Shown here: positions 22,451 through 32,300 of the stretch, piece by piece
How positions within the stretch are numbered: the stretch's first letter is position 1
Layout: each line of letters begins with the position of its first letter
Assembly (NCBI GenBank): GCA_044229975.1
Contig: JBGARZ010000002.1
Location: 800,001-864,000, forward strand
Direction: 5' to 3'
DNA length: 64,000 bases
Source: Polyangiales bacterium
Lineage (GTDB): Bacteria > Myxococcota_A > Polyangia > Polyangiales > Ga0077539
The notes under the pieces: generated by a model
What the model saw: the letters and a program-made list of their open reading frames with translations, nothing else
Database searches by the model: none
Told to the model about the DNA's origin: nothing
Made by a program: the position numbers and the translations under genes

Positions 22451-23679
22451 GCGAGCCGCGGAAGGTTCTCTTCATCAACGACACGGCGCGCAACGGCGGG
22501 CCGGGCCGCAGCCTCCACGCGATCCTCAGCTTCGTCGACCCGGAGGTCATCCACCGCATGGTCATGCTCCCCCGCGAGGACGCCATCGCGCGGCTGCTGC
22601 GCGAGGCGCGCGTCGTGGACGAGCTCATCATCGAGCACGACCTCATCGAAAACGCGTGGCAGCCGATGGACCGCGCCGTCGAGCGCGCCGACCTCGACGC
22701 CCCGTGGTCGGTGCGCTTCCCCCGCCTCGCCCTCAACGTCGCGCGCATGGGTCGGCTCGCGTTCACGCTCCCTCGCTTGGTGCGCGAGCGCGGCGTCGAG
22801 CTCATCTACTGCAACGGAACCACCGCGGACTTCGTCGGCGGCGTCGTGGGCAACCTCACGCACACCCCGGTGCTCTGGCACGTGCGCTACACGTCCATCC
22901 CCGCCGCGAGCCGCCCGCTGCACAACGCGCTCGCGCGCAGCCGCAACCTGCGCCGCATCGTGTGCGTCTCCCACGCGTCGGCCGCGCTCTTCCCCGACCT
23001 CCCGCACAAGGTGCAGGTCGTCCACAACGCCGTCGACGTCGAGCGCTACCGCCGCGACGCCACCGCCGGATCGCTGCGCGGATCGCTCGTTCCGACCGAT
23101 GCGTTCATCTACGGGAGCATGGGACGCATCCTGCCGCGCAAGGGCTACCCCCACATGATCCGCGCGGCGAAGGCGCTCATCGACCGCTGCACCCCGGAGG
23201 AGAGACATCGTCCGCACTTCGTGGTGCTGGGCGATACGCCCGCCGACCTGCCGGGCGACCACCTCGCCGAGTGCCGCGCGCTCGTCGCGGAGTGTGGGTT
23301 GGAGGGGCGGTTCTTGTTCCCGGGGTTTACCGAGGATGTGAGGCCGTGGTTGCAGGACTTCGACGTGGTGGTGCTCCCGTCGGTGTACCCCGACCCGCTG
23401 CCGCGCACCGTCATCGAGGGCATGGCCTACGAGCGCCCCGTGGTGGCCTTCGACGTCGGTGGCGTCGGCGAGATGGTGCGCGACGGCGTGACGGGATCGC
23501 TGCTCCCACCGTCGCCCTCCACCGATGCCTTCGCCGACGCGATGCTCGCGTACCTGCGCGACCCCGAACGACTACGCCGCGAGGGACTCGCCGCGCGCGA
23601 GGCCGTCATCGAAGGCTTCAGCGGCAGCGCGCACGGCCGGGCGATCCAGGCGCAGATCGCGCTCGCGCTCGCTACCTGA
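22447..23679 (+). CDS. Glycosyltransferase family 4
   Basis: GGPGRS, GRILPRKG and PDPLPRTVIEGMA motifs. ATGA coupling with the MMPL stop. Confidence 0.9.
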   Translation: MSEPRKVLFINDTARNGGPGRSLHAILSFVDPEVIHRMVMLPREDAIARLLREARVVDELIIEHDLIENAWQPMDRAVERADLDAPWSVRFPRLALNVARMGRLAFTLPRLVRERGVELIYCNGTTADFVGGVVGNLTHTPVLWHVRYTSIPAASRPLHNALARSRNLRRIVCVSHASAALFPDLPHKVQVVHNAVDVERYRRDATAGSLRGSLVPTDAFIYGSMGRILPRKGYPHMIRAAKALIDRCTPEERHRPHFVVLGDTPADLPGDHLAECRALVAECGLEGRFLFPGFTEDVRPWLQDFDVVVLPSVYPDPLPRTVIEGMAYERPVVAFDVGGVGEMVRDGVTGSLLPPSPSTDAFADAMLAYLRDPERLRREGLAAREAVIEGFSGSAHGRAIQAQIALALAT

Positions 23680-24382
23680 AGAGCGAGCCGACGGTGTCGG
23701 TGGTGCGCCCCGCGGCCCACGCGAGCAGCGAGCGCGTCTCGTCGACCAGCATCGGGTGGTGCACGTCGGCCGGATGCAGCGCGATGCGAACGGACAACCC
23801 CGCCGACGGATACAGGCGACCGACCCGCGCGTAGGCCGCGCTGGAGAGCCGACGACCGAGCGTTCGGCTCGCGTAGTTGAGCGCCGGGCAGAGACGACGC
23901 GCGCCCGTCGAGGGCTGGTAGATGAAGAGCTGGTCCTCGCAGTAGTCGAGGCCACGCGAGCGCAGCGCAGGCAGCAGCCACGAGCGCCGCGCCCACGCGG
24001 GCGGGACGAAGCCGCGCATCGGCAGGCCGAGCTCGCGCAGCATCGAGGCGCCCGCGTCGAGCCACCCTTCGCCCACGTCGCGGTCGTAGCTGGCGAACTC
24101 GGCCTCGCCCGCGGAGACCACCCGCTGCGCGACGAAGTGACCGACGCCCGCGCCCGGCAGCGAGCGGTGGAAGTAGCCGTGGAGGAAGATCTCGTGCCCC
24201 TCGACGGAGAGCTCTCGGAGGAAGGACGCGTAGTCGGGGTGGTTGCGCAGCGGACCCTGCTGATGGAAGTCGGGAACCACCAGGAGCCCAGGCTTCACGC
24301 CCACCTCGCGGCACCAGCCGAGGGCGGTCTCGACCTCTGCGCGCCAGCGCGGCGACACGTCGTGGATGGACACGTGGATCAT
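23672..24382 (-). CDS. Polysaccharide deacetylase-like protein (DUF2334 type)
   Basis: VSIHDVSP, EIFLHGYFH, GFVPPAW and RIALHPAD motifs. Confidence 0.85.
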   Translation of the reverse strand: MIHVSIHDVSPRWRAEVETALGWCREVGVKPGLLVVPDFHQQGPLRNHPDYASFLRELSVEGHEIFLHGYFHRSLPGAGVGHFVAQRVVSAGEAEFASYDRDVGEGWLDAGASMLRELGLPMRGFVPPAWARRSWLLPALRSRGLDYCEDQLFIYQPSTGARRLCPALNYASRTLGRRLSSAAYARVGRLYPSAGLSVRIALHPADVHHPMLVDETRSLLAWAAGRTTDTVGSLFR

Positions 24383-25548
24383 CGCGGTGACCTCAAGGCG
24401 TCTTCGTAGATCATGAAGAGGTCATCGAAGTGCGAGCTCGCGGAGGGGATGAGCGCGGCCCTGGCCACCGCCCCCGCCGAGAGGGCGCCGGGTGGCTGAT
24501 GGAGTAGCCGCTTGATGGCCAGCGCGGCTTCCACCGGCGAGGCCGCCGGGTCGTAGGTCACGCCGCAGGTCTCGTCGACGAGCTCGCCGGCACCACCGGC
24601 CGAGGGGACCACCGCGGGGGTGCCAGAGGCGAGGGCCTCGGCCACGCTGAAGCCGAAGGTCTCGACGGCGCACCCGTGGATGAGGGCGTCGGCGCTGGCC
24701 AGCGTGCGGGCGTAGCGTTCACGGTCCGTGATGAAACCCGTGAACGTGACGCTCAGTCCGAGCGTGCGGGCGCGGGCTTCGAGGCGGGCGCGCTCGGGGC
24801 CGTCGCCCATCACGACCACCGCAACAGGAAGGGTCTTGGCCACCTCGGCGAGCGCGTCGAACACCAGCGCAGCCCGCTTTTCGAGGGCGAGTCGACCGAC
24901 CACCGCGACGAGCCGCGCCCTCGGATCGGACGCGTGCGGGCCCAGCAACGCTGCGCGCAGGGCCTCGTCCCGCAGCGAGGGCGAGAGGCTCGCGCGCTCG
25001 ATGCCGAAGGGCGCCTTGGCGACCCGCGGAACCCCCGCGACGCGGAGCTGCTCGGCCAGCCAGCAGGCGGAGACGATGGTTCGGTCGAAGCGCGAGGCCA
25101 TCGAACGCAGCCCCGCCCAGAGGGGTCGGAGGGCGAGGTCAGCACGGTTTGCCCCGAGCCAGCGGGAGAGAACGGGTCGTGCATAGCTCCCGATCTGATC
25201 GGAATGGAGCACCAGGGCACGCACCCCAACGTCTGGCTGAGTCGCGGCGATGAAGGCCGCGAGGTAGGGCGACGAGGCTTGCAGCACGTCGGGTCGCTCG
25301 TGGGCGATGAGGGCGCGCAGGGCTGGGACGTTCCAGAGGCAGTGGTAGCTGGGGTCGTAGGGCATCGCAGGGCCCTTCACGCGAACCAGCCTCCCACCGT
25401 GCACCGTCGTCTCCTCGGCGCGTGGCCCGGGTGCGACCACCACGACCTGATGGCCACGCGTTGTTCCCTCTCGGAGGAGCTGTGTTAGGTACGCGCGAAC
25501 GCCCCCGCCCCGCTCCGAGAAGAACTCCGTCAGGTCGAGAACCTTCAC
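24379..25548 (-). CDS. Glycosyltransferase family 4
   Basis: GTG start VKVLDLTEFFSERGGGVRAY, then VGRLALEK, GDGP and ETFGFSVAEALASG motifs. Confidence 0.9.
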   Translation of the reverse strand: MKVLDLTEFFSERGGGVRAYLTQLLREGTTRGHQVVVVAPGPRAEETTVHGGRLVRVKGPAMPYDPSYHCLWNVPALRALIAHERPDVLQASSPYLAAFIAATQPDVGVRALVLHSDQIGSYARPVLSRWLGANRADLALRPLWAGLRSMASRFDRTIVSACWLAEQLRVAGVPRVAKAPFGIERASLSPSLRDEALRAALLGPHASDPRARLVAVVGRLALEKRAALVFDALAEVAKTLPVAVVVMGDGPERARLEARARTLGLSVTFTGFITDRERYARTLASADALIHGCAVETFGFSVAEALASGTPAVVPSAGGAGELVDETCGVTYDPAASPVEAALAIKRLLHQPPGALSAGAVARAALIPSASSHFDDLFMIYEDALRSPR

Positions 25549-25600
25549 GGCGACCGCTTGTACCAGAGCCTTCGGGAATTGCTTCGGCAGGACACCACCT

Positions 25601-27067
25601 ATGAACGCACCCAGCACCCCTCGCCCCCGACCGCGCGCGGCGACCGCCCAGTGGCCCCGGCGCATCGCGATCCTGAGCGACTACGTCCGGCTGCCGTACG
25701 CCAACGGCGCCACCTTCGCGACGCAGTTTCTCTACCGCGAGCTCACCCGCCGCGGGCACGAGGTGACCGTCATCGGCCCGCGCGACCCCGACGCGAAGCC
25801 CGAAGACCTCCCCGAGCGGCACATCTGCCTGCCGAGCGTTCCGCTCAACAACCACCCCGGCGTGTACATCCCGCTCCCGCTCGAAGGCATCCTCCGCGAG
25901 AAGCGCGACTGGGATTTCGACGTGGTGCTCGGCCAGACCGCCACCGAGCTCATGGAGCTCGGCCTCTGGCTCCGCGCGACGCGAGGCATCCCCCTCGTGG
26001 CCGTCAACACGGTGCACCTCCCGAGCGTCTACCCCGTGGTGATGCCCGACTCGATGCAGGACTCGAAGACCGCCCACTGGCTCTTCCAGAAGTCCTTCCT
26101 GAAGCTCGCGGAGGGCACCTCGGCCAGCGCCTACAACGGCTGCGACGGCCTCGTGGTGCTCTCCAACGGCCTGAAGAACTACTGGGAAGAGCGCGGTGTC
26201 ACGACCCCCATCCACGTCGTGCCCCGCTGCGTGGAGCCCCGCATCTTCGACACCGCCCCCGGCGCTGACCCCTTCCCTCGCGGCTTCCGCAAGGGTGCCC
26301 GCCTCCTCGTCGTGTGCCGTCACACCCGCGAGAAGGCCGTCGAGCGCCTGCTCGAAATCTTCGCGCGCTACGTCGCCCCGGCCAACCCCGACGCGACGCT
26401 CACGCTCCTCGGTGACGGCCCCGACCACGACCTCTTCCGCCGCACCGCGGAGGAGCTCGGCATCCGCGAGAAGACCCACTTCCCCGGTGAGTTTCCGCTG
26501 GGCGCGCTGCCGACCTGGTATCACCACGCCGACCTCTTCACGTACACGTCCCTCTCGGAGACCTACGGCCAGGTCGTGAGCGAGGCCCTCTGGTCGGGCC
26601 TGCCAGTGGTCGCCTTCGCCGACGGCATGGGCGTCTCGCAGCAGGTCGAGCACGACCTCACCGGCCTGCTCGTCGAGCCCGGCCCCGACGCCGAGATGGC
26701 CGACTGGCGCTTCGCCCGCGCGGTGGTCTCGCTGCTGCGCAACCCGCGCCGTCGACAGGCGCTCGCCACGCAGGCCGCCGCTCGCGCGCACGATCGATCG
26801 GCGCCCCACAAGATGCTCGAAGGCTTCCTCGGTGCGTTCGAAGCGGCGCGCGCGCACCGCGACGCCCATCCCCCGGACATGAGCAGCCCGCGGCTCGCGA
26901 CGGCGTTTCATGGCGGCCGCTGGATGGCCATCAACAGCATCGTGTACGGCCTCGGCCACCTGAAGCCCCCGGCCGTCGTCAACCGCCACGGCCGTCGCCA
27001 GCCCGCCTGGAACGACCTCCCCGACGTCCCCGCCACCCGCCCCGCCGCGCACGCCCGCCTCGGCTGA
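25601..27067 (+). CDS. Glycosyltransferase family 4 (diacylglycerol glycosyltransferase-like)
   Basis: SDYVRLPYANGA, CRHTREKAV, GDGP and SETYGQVVSEAL motifs. Confidence 0.9.
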   Translation: MNAPSTPRPRPRAATAQWPRRIAILSDYVRLPYANGATFATQFLYRELTRRGHEVTVIGPRDPDAKPEDLPERHICLPSVPLNNHPGVYIPLPLEGILREKRDWDFDVVLGQTATELMELGLWLRATRGIPLVAVNTVHLPSVYPVVMPDSMQDSKTAHWLFQKSFLKLAEGTSASAYNGCDGLVVLSNGLKNYWEERGVTTPIHVVPRCVEPRIFDTAPGADPFPRGFRKGARLLVVCRHTREKAVERLLEIFARYVAPANPDATLTLLGDGPDHDLFRRTAEELGIREKTHFPGEFPLGALPTWYHHADLFTYTSLSETYGQVVSEALWSGLPVVAFADGMGVSQQVEHDLTGLLVEPGPDAEMADWRFARAVVSLLRNPRRRQALATQAAARAHDRSAPHKMLEGFLGAFEAARAHRDAHPPDMSSPRLATAFHGGRWMAINSIVYGLGHLKPPAVVNRHGRRQPAWNDLPDVPATRPAAHARLG

Positions 27068-27103
27068 ACTTCTCTCCCCGCGCGCTGCTAGTCTGCGCGC
27101 CCG

Positions 27104-28042
27104 ATGAAGCTCTGCGCCGTCTCCGTCGACCTCGACGAGGTCCCTTGCTACCACGCCATCCACGGGCTCCCGATGCCCGCCGACGACACCGCCCACGCGG
27201 TGTACATCCGCGCTGTCCCGCGCCTCGCCGAGCTCTTCGCCGACCTCCGCCTCCCCGCCACCTTCTTCGTCATCGGACGTGATCTCGACGCGCCCGTCGC
27301 GCTCGCGGCGGCCCGTGGTCTCGCGCGGTCGGGTCACGAGCTCGGCAACCACAGCCAGCACCATCGCTACGATCTGGTGCGCCTCTCCGCCGATGCGATG
27401 CGCGCCGAGGTGCGCGACGCCGCCGACGCCATCGCCCGCGCGCAGGGTCATCGCCCGGTGGGCTTCCGCGCGCCCGGCTACACCATCACCGACGCGCTCT
27501 TCGACGTGCTCGCCGCCGAGGGGGTCGCCTACGACAGCTCGGTGTTTCCGTGCCCCGCGTACTACGGCGCGAAGACAGCCATGATCGGCCTCATCGCCGC
27601 GCGCGGCCGCACCAGCCGCTCGGTGGTCGACACGCCCGCGGTGCTGCTCGCGCCCGCTGATCCGTACCTCCCGTCGCGCCCGTACTGGCGTCGCTCCGCC
27701 CATGGCGCCTCGCTCGTCGAGCTGCCCATCGGCGTCACGCGCGGCGCGCGGCTCCCCTTCATCGGCACCACGCTAGCGGGCCTCGGCCCCACCGGCAGTC
27801 GCCTGCTCGCGAAGCAGATGCTCGGTCGCCCGCTGGTGAACCTCGAACTGCACGGGCTCGACCTCCTCGACGCCCAGGACGGACTGCACCCGCTGGCCGA
27901 GCACCAGCCCGACCTGCGCGTCCCGGTGAGTCGGAAGAGCGCCGCGCTGCGCGCCGTGGTCGAGACCCTGCGAGACGACGGATATGAGTTCGTCACGCTG
28001 CGCGACGCGGCCGCGACCTTCGCTCACCGCCTCGCGGGCTGA
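27104..28042 (+). CDS. Polysaccharide deacetylase (NodB/CE4-like)
   Basis: SVDLDE, ATFFVIG, GHELGNHSQHH, GFRAPGY and YDSSVFP motifs. Confidence 0.9.
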   Translation: MKLCAVSVDLDEVPCYHAIHGLPMPADDTAHAVYIRAVPRLAELFADLRLPATFFVIGRDLDAPVALAAARGLARSGHELGNHSQHHRYDLVRLSADAMRAEVRDAADAIARAQGHRPVGFRAPGYTITDALFDVLAAEGVAYDSSVFPCPAYYGAKTAMIGLIAARGRTSRSVVDTPAVLLAPADPYLPSRPYWRRSAHGASLVELPIGVTRGARLPFIGTTLAGLGPTGSRLLAKQMLGRPLVNLELHGLDLLDAQDGLHPLAEHQPDLRVPVSRKSAALRAVVETLRDDGYEFVTLRDAAATFAHRLAG

Positions 28043-28293
28043 GATCCCGTCGATGAGAGCTCCGCGATTCGTCGGGCGCCGCGCACGCCCGTCGCGGGGC
28101 GCCCTCCGCGGCCGACGAGTGCGCCGTGGCAGAACAGGAAACCCGTGCAATTCCCGCGGTTTTCTTCCGACAGGCGCGGACGGCGGTGGGAGCGCCGAGA
28201 GCGATTGTGCTCAATGAGCGCCCCGGAAATCAGCGGGATCGTGCACGCAGATACTACCCAAGCGCGTTGGAGGATGTATCGTCGGCCCCGTCA

Positions 28294-28315
28294 TTCGATC
28301 CGATGGGGGATCGAA
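28294..28315 (+). promoter_or_regulatory. Hairpin in the 5' leader of the HU gene
   Basis: TTCGATCC-gatggg-GGATCGAA, a perfect 8-bp stem just upstream of the GAGGTG RBS. Confidence 0.35.
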
Positions 28316-28335
28316 ACCAGCAGAGGTGATGAGCG

Positions 28336-28686
28336 ATGGCGAAGGCAAAGGCACCGGCCAAGAAGGCCGGCAAGGGCGGAGCGAAGAAGTTGACCAAGGC
28401 CGGCCTGGTGCAGGCGCTTCAGGAGAGCATTGGGGACAGCGTCTCCAAGGCTCAGGTCAAGCAGGTTCTCGACGCTCTGACCAGCGTGGGTGAGAAGGAG
28501 CTCAAGAAGAGCAAGGTGTTCGTGCTCCCGGGCTTCGCGAAGTTCGTCGTCGCGGAGAAGCCGGGCCGCCCCGCCGGTGAGTTCCTCAACCCGTTCACCA
28601 AGAAGAACGAGCACCGCGACGCGAAGCCCGCGTCGAAGACCGTTCGCGCCCGGCCGATCAAGGCCCTCAAGGACGCGGTCAACTGA
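28336..28686 (+). CDS. hup: HU family histone-like DNA-binding protein
   Basis: Lys/Ala-rich N-terminus, LTKAGLV, FVLPGFAKF, NPFT and KPASKTVRARPIKALKDAV. Strong RBS. Confidence 0.92.
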   Translation: MAKAKAPAKKAGKGGAKKLTKAGLVQALQESIGDSVSKAQVKQVLDALTSVGEKELKKSKVFVLPGFAKFVVAEKPGRPAGEFLNPFTKKNEHRDAKPASKTVRARPIKALKDAVN

Positions 28687-28692
28687 GTCCCC

Positions 28693-28714
28693 CGACCAGC
28701 GTTCGCGCTGGTCG
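28693..28714 (+). terminator. Stem-loop after HU (terminator or 3' stabiliser)
   Basis: CGACCAGCG-TTCG-CGCTGGTCG, a 9-bp stem with a UUCG loop 6 nt after the stop. No immediate U tract. Confidence 0.5.
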
Positions 28715-28786
28715 ATGGCCTCCGTAGTTCTTCAAACACCCATCGAGCGACGTCGGTTGTCTGGTAGCTTCCTCCGGGAAGCTCAC

Positions 28787-29281
28787 ATGACACTCGAACG
28801 TCGCTCGATGCTATTTGGCGCTGCCCTGCTCGCGCTCGGCTGCTCCCGCCCGCAGCCCCCGCGCATCACGCCCCGCTCCGCGGAGGTCATCGGCGCCAAT
28901 AGTCAAGGCCTCGGGCTGCGCATCCACTGCGTCGCCCGAAACACCAACGGCTTCCCGTTGACGGTTCAACGGGTGTCCGTTCGCCTCACCCTCGCCAGCC
29001 GCGACCTCGGCGTCACCGAACTCCCCAGCGCGCTGCGGCTTCCCTCCAACGTCGATGTGCCGATGGACATCGAGGTCCGCGCGCCGTGGGGAGACCTCCC
29101 CGGCATCATCGCGGTCTCCCTCTTCAATGAGAATGTCCCCTATCGACTCGACGGCACGGCCCGCGTCGGCAGCCCCAGGCTCAACGTCGATGTGCCGTTT
29201 ACCCTGGAAAGCACCCTTCCCCGACGCGTTCTCACCGGGGCGGTCAGCAATTCCGCCCCGGGGTTGCCCCCCCTGCACTGA
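28787..29281 (+). CDS. LEA type 2 / WHy domain lipoprotein
   Basis: MTLERRSMLFGAALLALGC lipobox, NTNGFPL (NPN-like) and VPYRLDG motifs. Confidence 0.8.
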   Translation: MTLERRSMLFGAALLALGCSRPQPPRITPRSAEVIGANSQGLGLRIHCVARNTNGFPLTVQRVSVRLTLASRDLGVTELPSALRLPSNVDVPMDIEVRAPWGDLPGIIAVSLFNENVPYRLDGTARVGSPRLNVDVPFTLESTLPRRVLTGAVSNSAPGLPPLH

Positions 29282-29298
29282 AGTCCCTTCAAGGGACT
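29282..29298. terminator. Palindrome between convergent genes (possible bidirectional terminator)
   Basis: AGTCCCT-TCA-AGGGACT in the 24-nt gap between two stop codons. Confidence 0.35.
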
Positions 29299-29305
29299 CC
29301 GCGCG

Positions 29306-32300
29306 TCAGACCGAGTCGCGACGGCGCAGCATCACGCCCATCCCGATCAGGAACACCAGCATCATCACGAAGAGCACCCCGTTGTGAAACGCGGGCTGGT
29401 CCCACGTGGAGAAGCCCCACGCGCCCGAGCGCTCGGCGGTGCGGGAGATCTCCTCGACGGCGCAGTCGAAGTAGTTCAGGCCTCCGCGGACGTTGACCCC
29501 GTTGGATCCGGCCGGGGCGCAGGTCTGGATGCGCCAGCTCGGCACGAGCGTGTCGCGCTCGGCGGACATCACGCCCTCGAACGACCAGCGCGACGGCATG
29601 ATGGCCATGAGGGCCTTGAGCCAGCTCTTGTTGGTCATCGGAACGAGCAGACCACCGAGCACCACCTGCGGGATGAGCGCGATGGGGGTGAGCGCCATCG
29701 CGGCCTCGGATGAGGTGACCGCCGTCGAGATGACGAGCCCGAGCGCGACGCCGCTCATGGAGGTGAGAACCATGCTCCCGAGCATCGGGAGGAACGCGTC
29801 GGCCGTGCCGTGCCCGAGCTTCAGCGAGAAGTACACGATGGTCAGCAGCACCGTGCACTGGAGCACGCAGAGCAGCGCCAGCAGCACGAACTTCGACATC
29901 ATGTAGTTGAAGATGGAGAGGTTCACCATGCGCTCGCGGCGGTAGATGGCGATCTCCGAGACGACCTCGCGCGCGGCGTTGCTCACGCCGAACCAGAGCG
30001 AGCCGACGGTGAGGAAGAAGATGGCGCCCTTGAAGTCGTCGACCTCGACGAAGCGCGTCTGCGGGAGCGCGCACATCTGCTGGGTCGTGCGCGCGACGAC
30101 GGCCTCCATCGCGAGCACCTGGTTCTGGCACCAGAGGTTGGGGAGCTTCGGCGAGTCGAAGAACACCGCCGCCAGCAGGCCGCCGATGATGGGCGCCTGG
30201 AGCAGCATGATCATGAGCCCGGAGACGTCGCGGGATTTGATCTTGGCGTAGCGCGAGAGCAGCAGCCCGAACTGCCGGATGAGCGGCACCGCCGAGCGCG
30301 TGGGTGGTCGCGACTGGCCGGGTTTACCGGGCTCGCGTTTACCCGAGTACATACTCCGGAAGACGCTGTTGTCGGGGCGATAGAACTCCGCGCGCCACTC
30401 CCGCGCCGCGCCCAGTCGCGCCTCGGACTTGTTGGCGAACTGCCCTCGCGCGACCACCGCCTCCTCGCGGATCTTGAGCTGGTCGAACATGTCGCGGGGG
30501 TTGTCGATGGGCTGCCCCCGGTAGCGCGCGAAGAACTCGTAGGAGTCCTTGCCGGACGGGCCGAAGTACACGGGCTCGCCGCCGAAGCCCATGATGAAGG
30601 CGAGGTTGAACTTCTCGAACTCCTCCTTCGCGGGCTGGTGGATCGTGACGATGATCGTCTTGCCGTAGCGCTTGGCGAGGTTGGACAGCAGGTCGATCAG
30701 CGCCACCGTGTCGTCGGCCGCGAGGCCCGAGGTGGGCTCGTCGAGGAACATCAGCGCGGGGTCGGTGACCAGCTCCAGCGCGATGTTGACGCGCTTGCGC
30801 TGACCGCCCGAGAGCACCTTCTTGATGGGCGACCCGATGATGGTGTTGGCGAGGTGGTCGAGGCCGAGGTCCTTCATCGTCTGCTGGACGCGGCGCTCGA
30901 TCTCCTCGTCGGAGTAGTCGCTCGGCAGGCGGAACTTCGCGCTGTACCCGATGGCCTCCTTCACCGTGAGCTCGGGGTGCAGCAGGTCGTCCTGCGGCAC
31001 GTACCCGATGCTCCCGCGGAGCGCGTCGTAGATGGCGTAGAGGCTCTCGCCGTTGACCCTGACCTCGCCCGACGTCGGGCGGAGGTAGCCGTTGAGCACC
31101 GTGAGCAGCGTGGTCTTGCCGGCGCCCGACGGGCCCATGAGCGCGATGAGGTCGCCCGGCAGCGCCTTGAAGGTGACCTTGTTGAGGAGAATCTTGTCGG
31201 TGCCCGGCTTGTCGCGGTCGGGCACCTGGAGGAAGAGGTCGAGCGCCTCGATCTCGACGAGGTTGGCGCTCTCGAACTGGTTCTCCTGCTCGATGTACGC
31301 GGTGATGGCGTTGTTCTGGATGTCGACGACGACGGCGTAGGGGCCGATGAAGACCTTCGTCTTCGGGGGCACCGCGACGGTCTGCCCCGGCACGAGCCGC
31401 TGACCGTTGACGTAGGTGCCGTTGGTGCTGCCGAGATCGCTGACGACGATGGAGCCGTCGGGCGCGCGCATCACCGACGTGTGACGGCTCGACACCTGCG
31501 GGTACGGCAGGACGATGTCGCAGCTCGGGAGGCGGCCGATGATCGCGAGCGCCTTGCCACCACCGCTCAGATCGAAGGACCCGAACATGGTCTTGTGTGC
31601 GCCGCCCTGGGGTTGCGCCTGCTGCGGCGGAGGCGTGGGCATCGACATGGGCCCGCCCTGCACCGACTGCATCGGGTTGTGCCCCTGCGCCGACTGCATC
31701 GGGTTGTGGCCCTGCGACGCGGGGGCGCCCTGCATCGATTGCATGGGGCTGTAACCGCCGCTCATCCCGGCGTTGGGCTGACCGCCCATCGGCCCTTGCG
31801 AGGTCATCGGGACGGGGCCCGCGCCCACGGCCTGACCCGACGGCGCACCGGCGAGCTCCATCAGCACGGCGCTGGGGATCCACACGGCGCCGAGCGAGTA
31901 GCCACCCGCGACGTCGATGGGCACGGGCTGGTTGGCCGGGAGGCGCTGCGAGTTGCGATCGAAGGTGCCGGAGCGGCTGCCGAGGTCGGTGACCGTGCGG
32001 GTGGAGAGGTCGACGCGGAGGTGCGTTCCGCTGACGGTGGGGTGTGCGACGACGACCTGCGAGCGGCCGGGGTCGCGGCCGACGACGACGACGCCAGGGC
32101 GCTCGGGCGGGAGCGCGGTGCGGTCGAGGAAGAGCTTGGAGACCTCCGCGGAGGTGAGCGGAACCGCCGCGCCGCCGACCATCACGCGAGCGTGGAAGCC
32201 CGCGAGCTGCACCGACTCGTTGGGCGCGAGCGGTCGACCGTCGACCTCGGTGCGACCTTGCGCGAGGTCTTGCACCCAGAGGCCGTCGCGCCACATCAGC

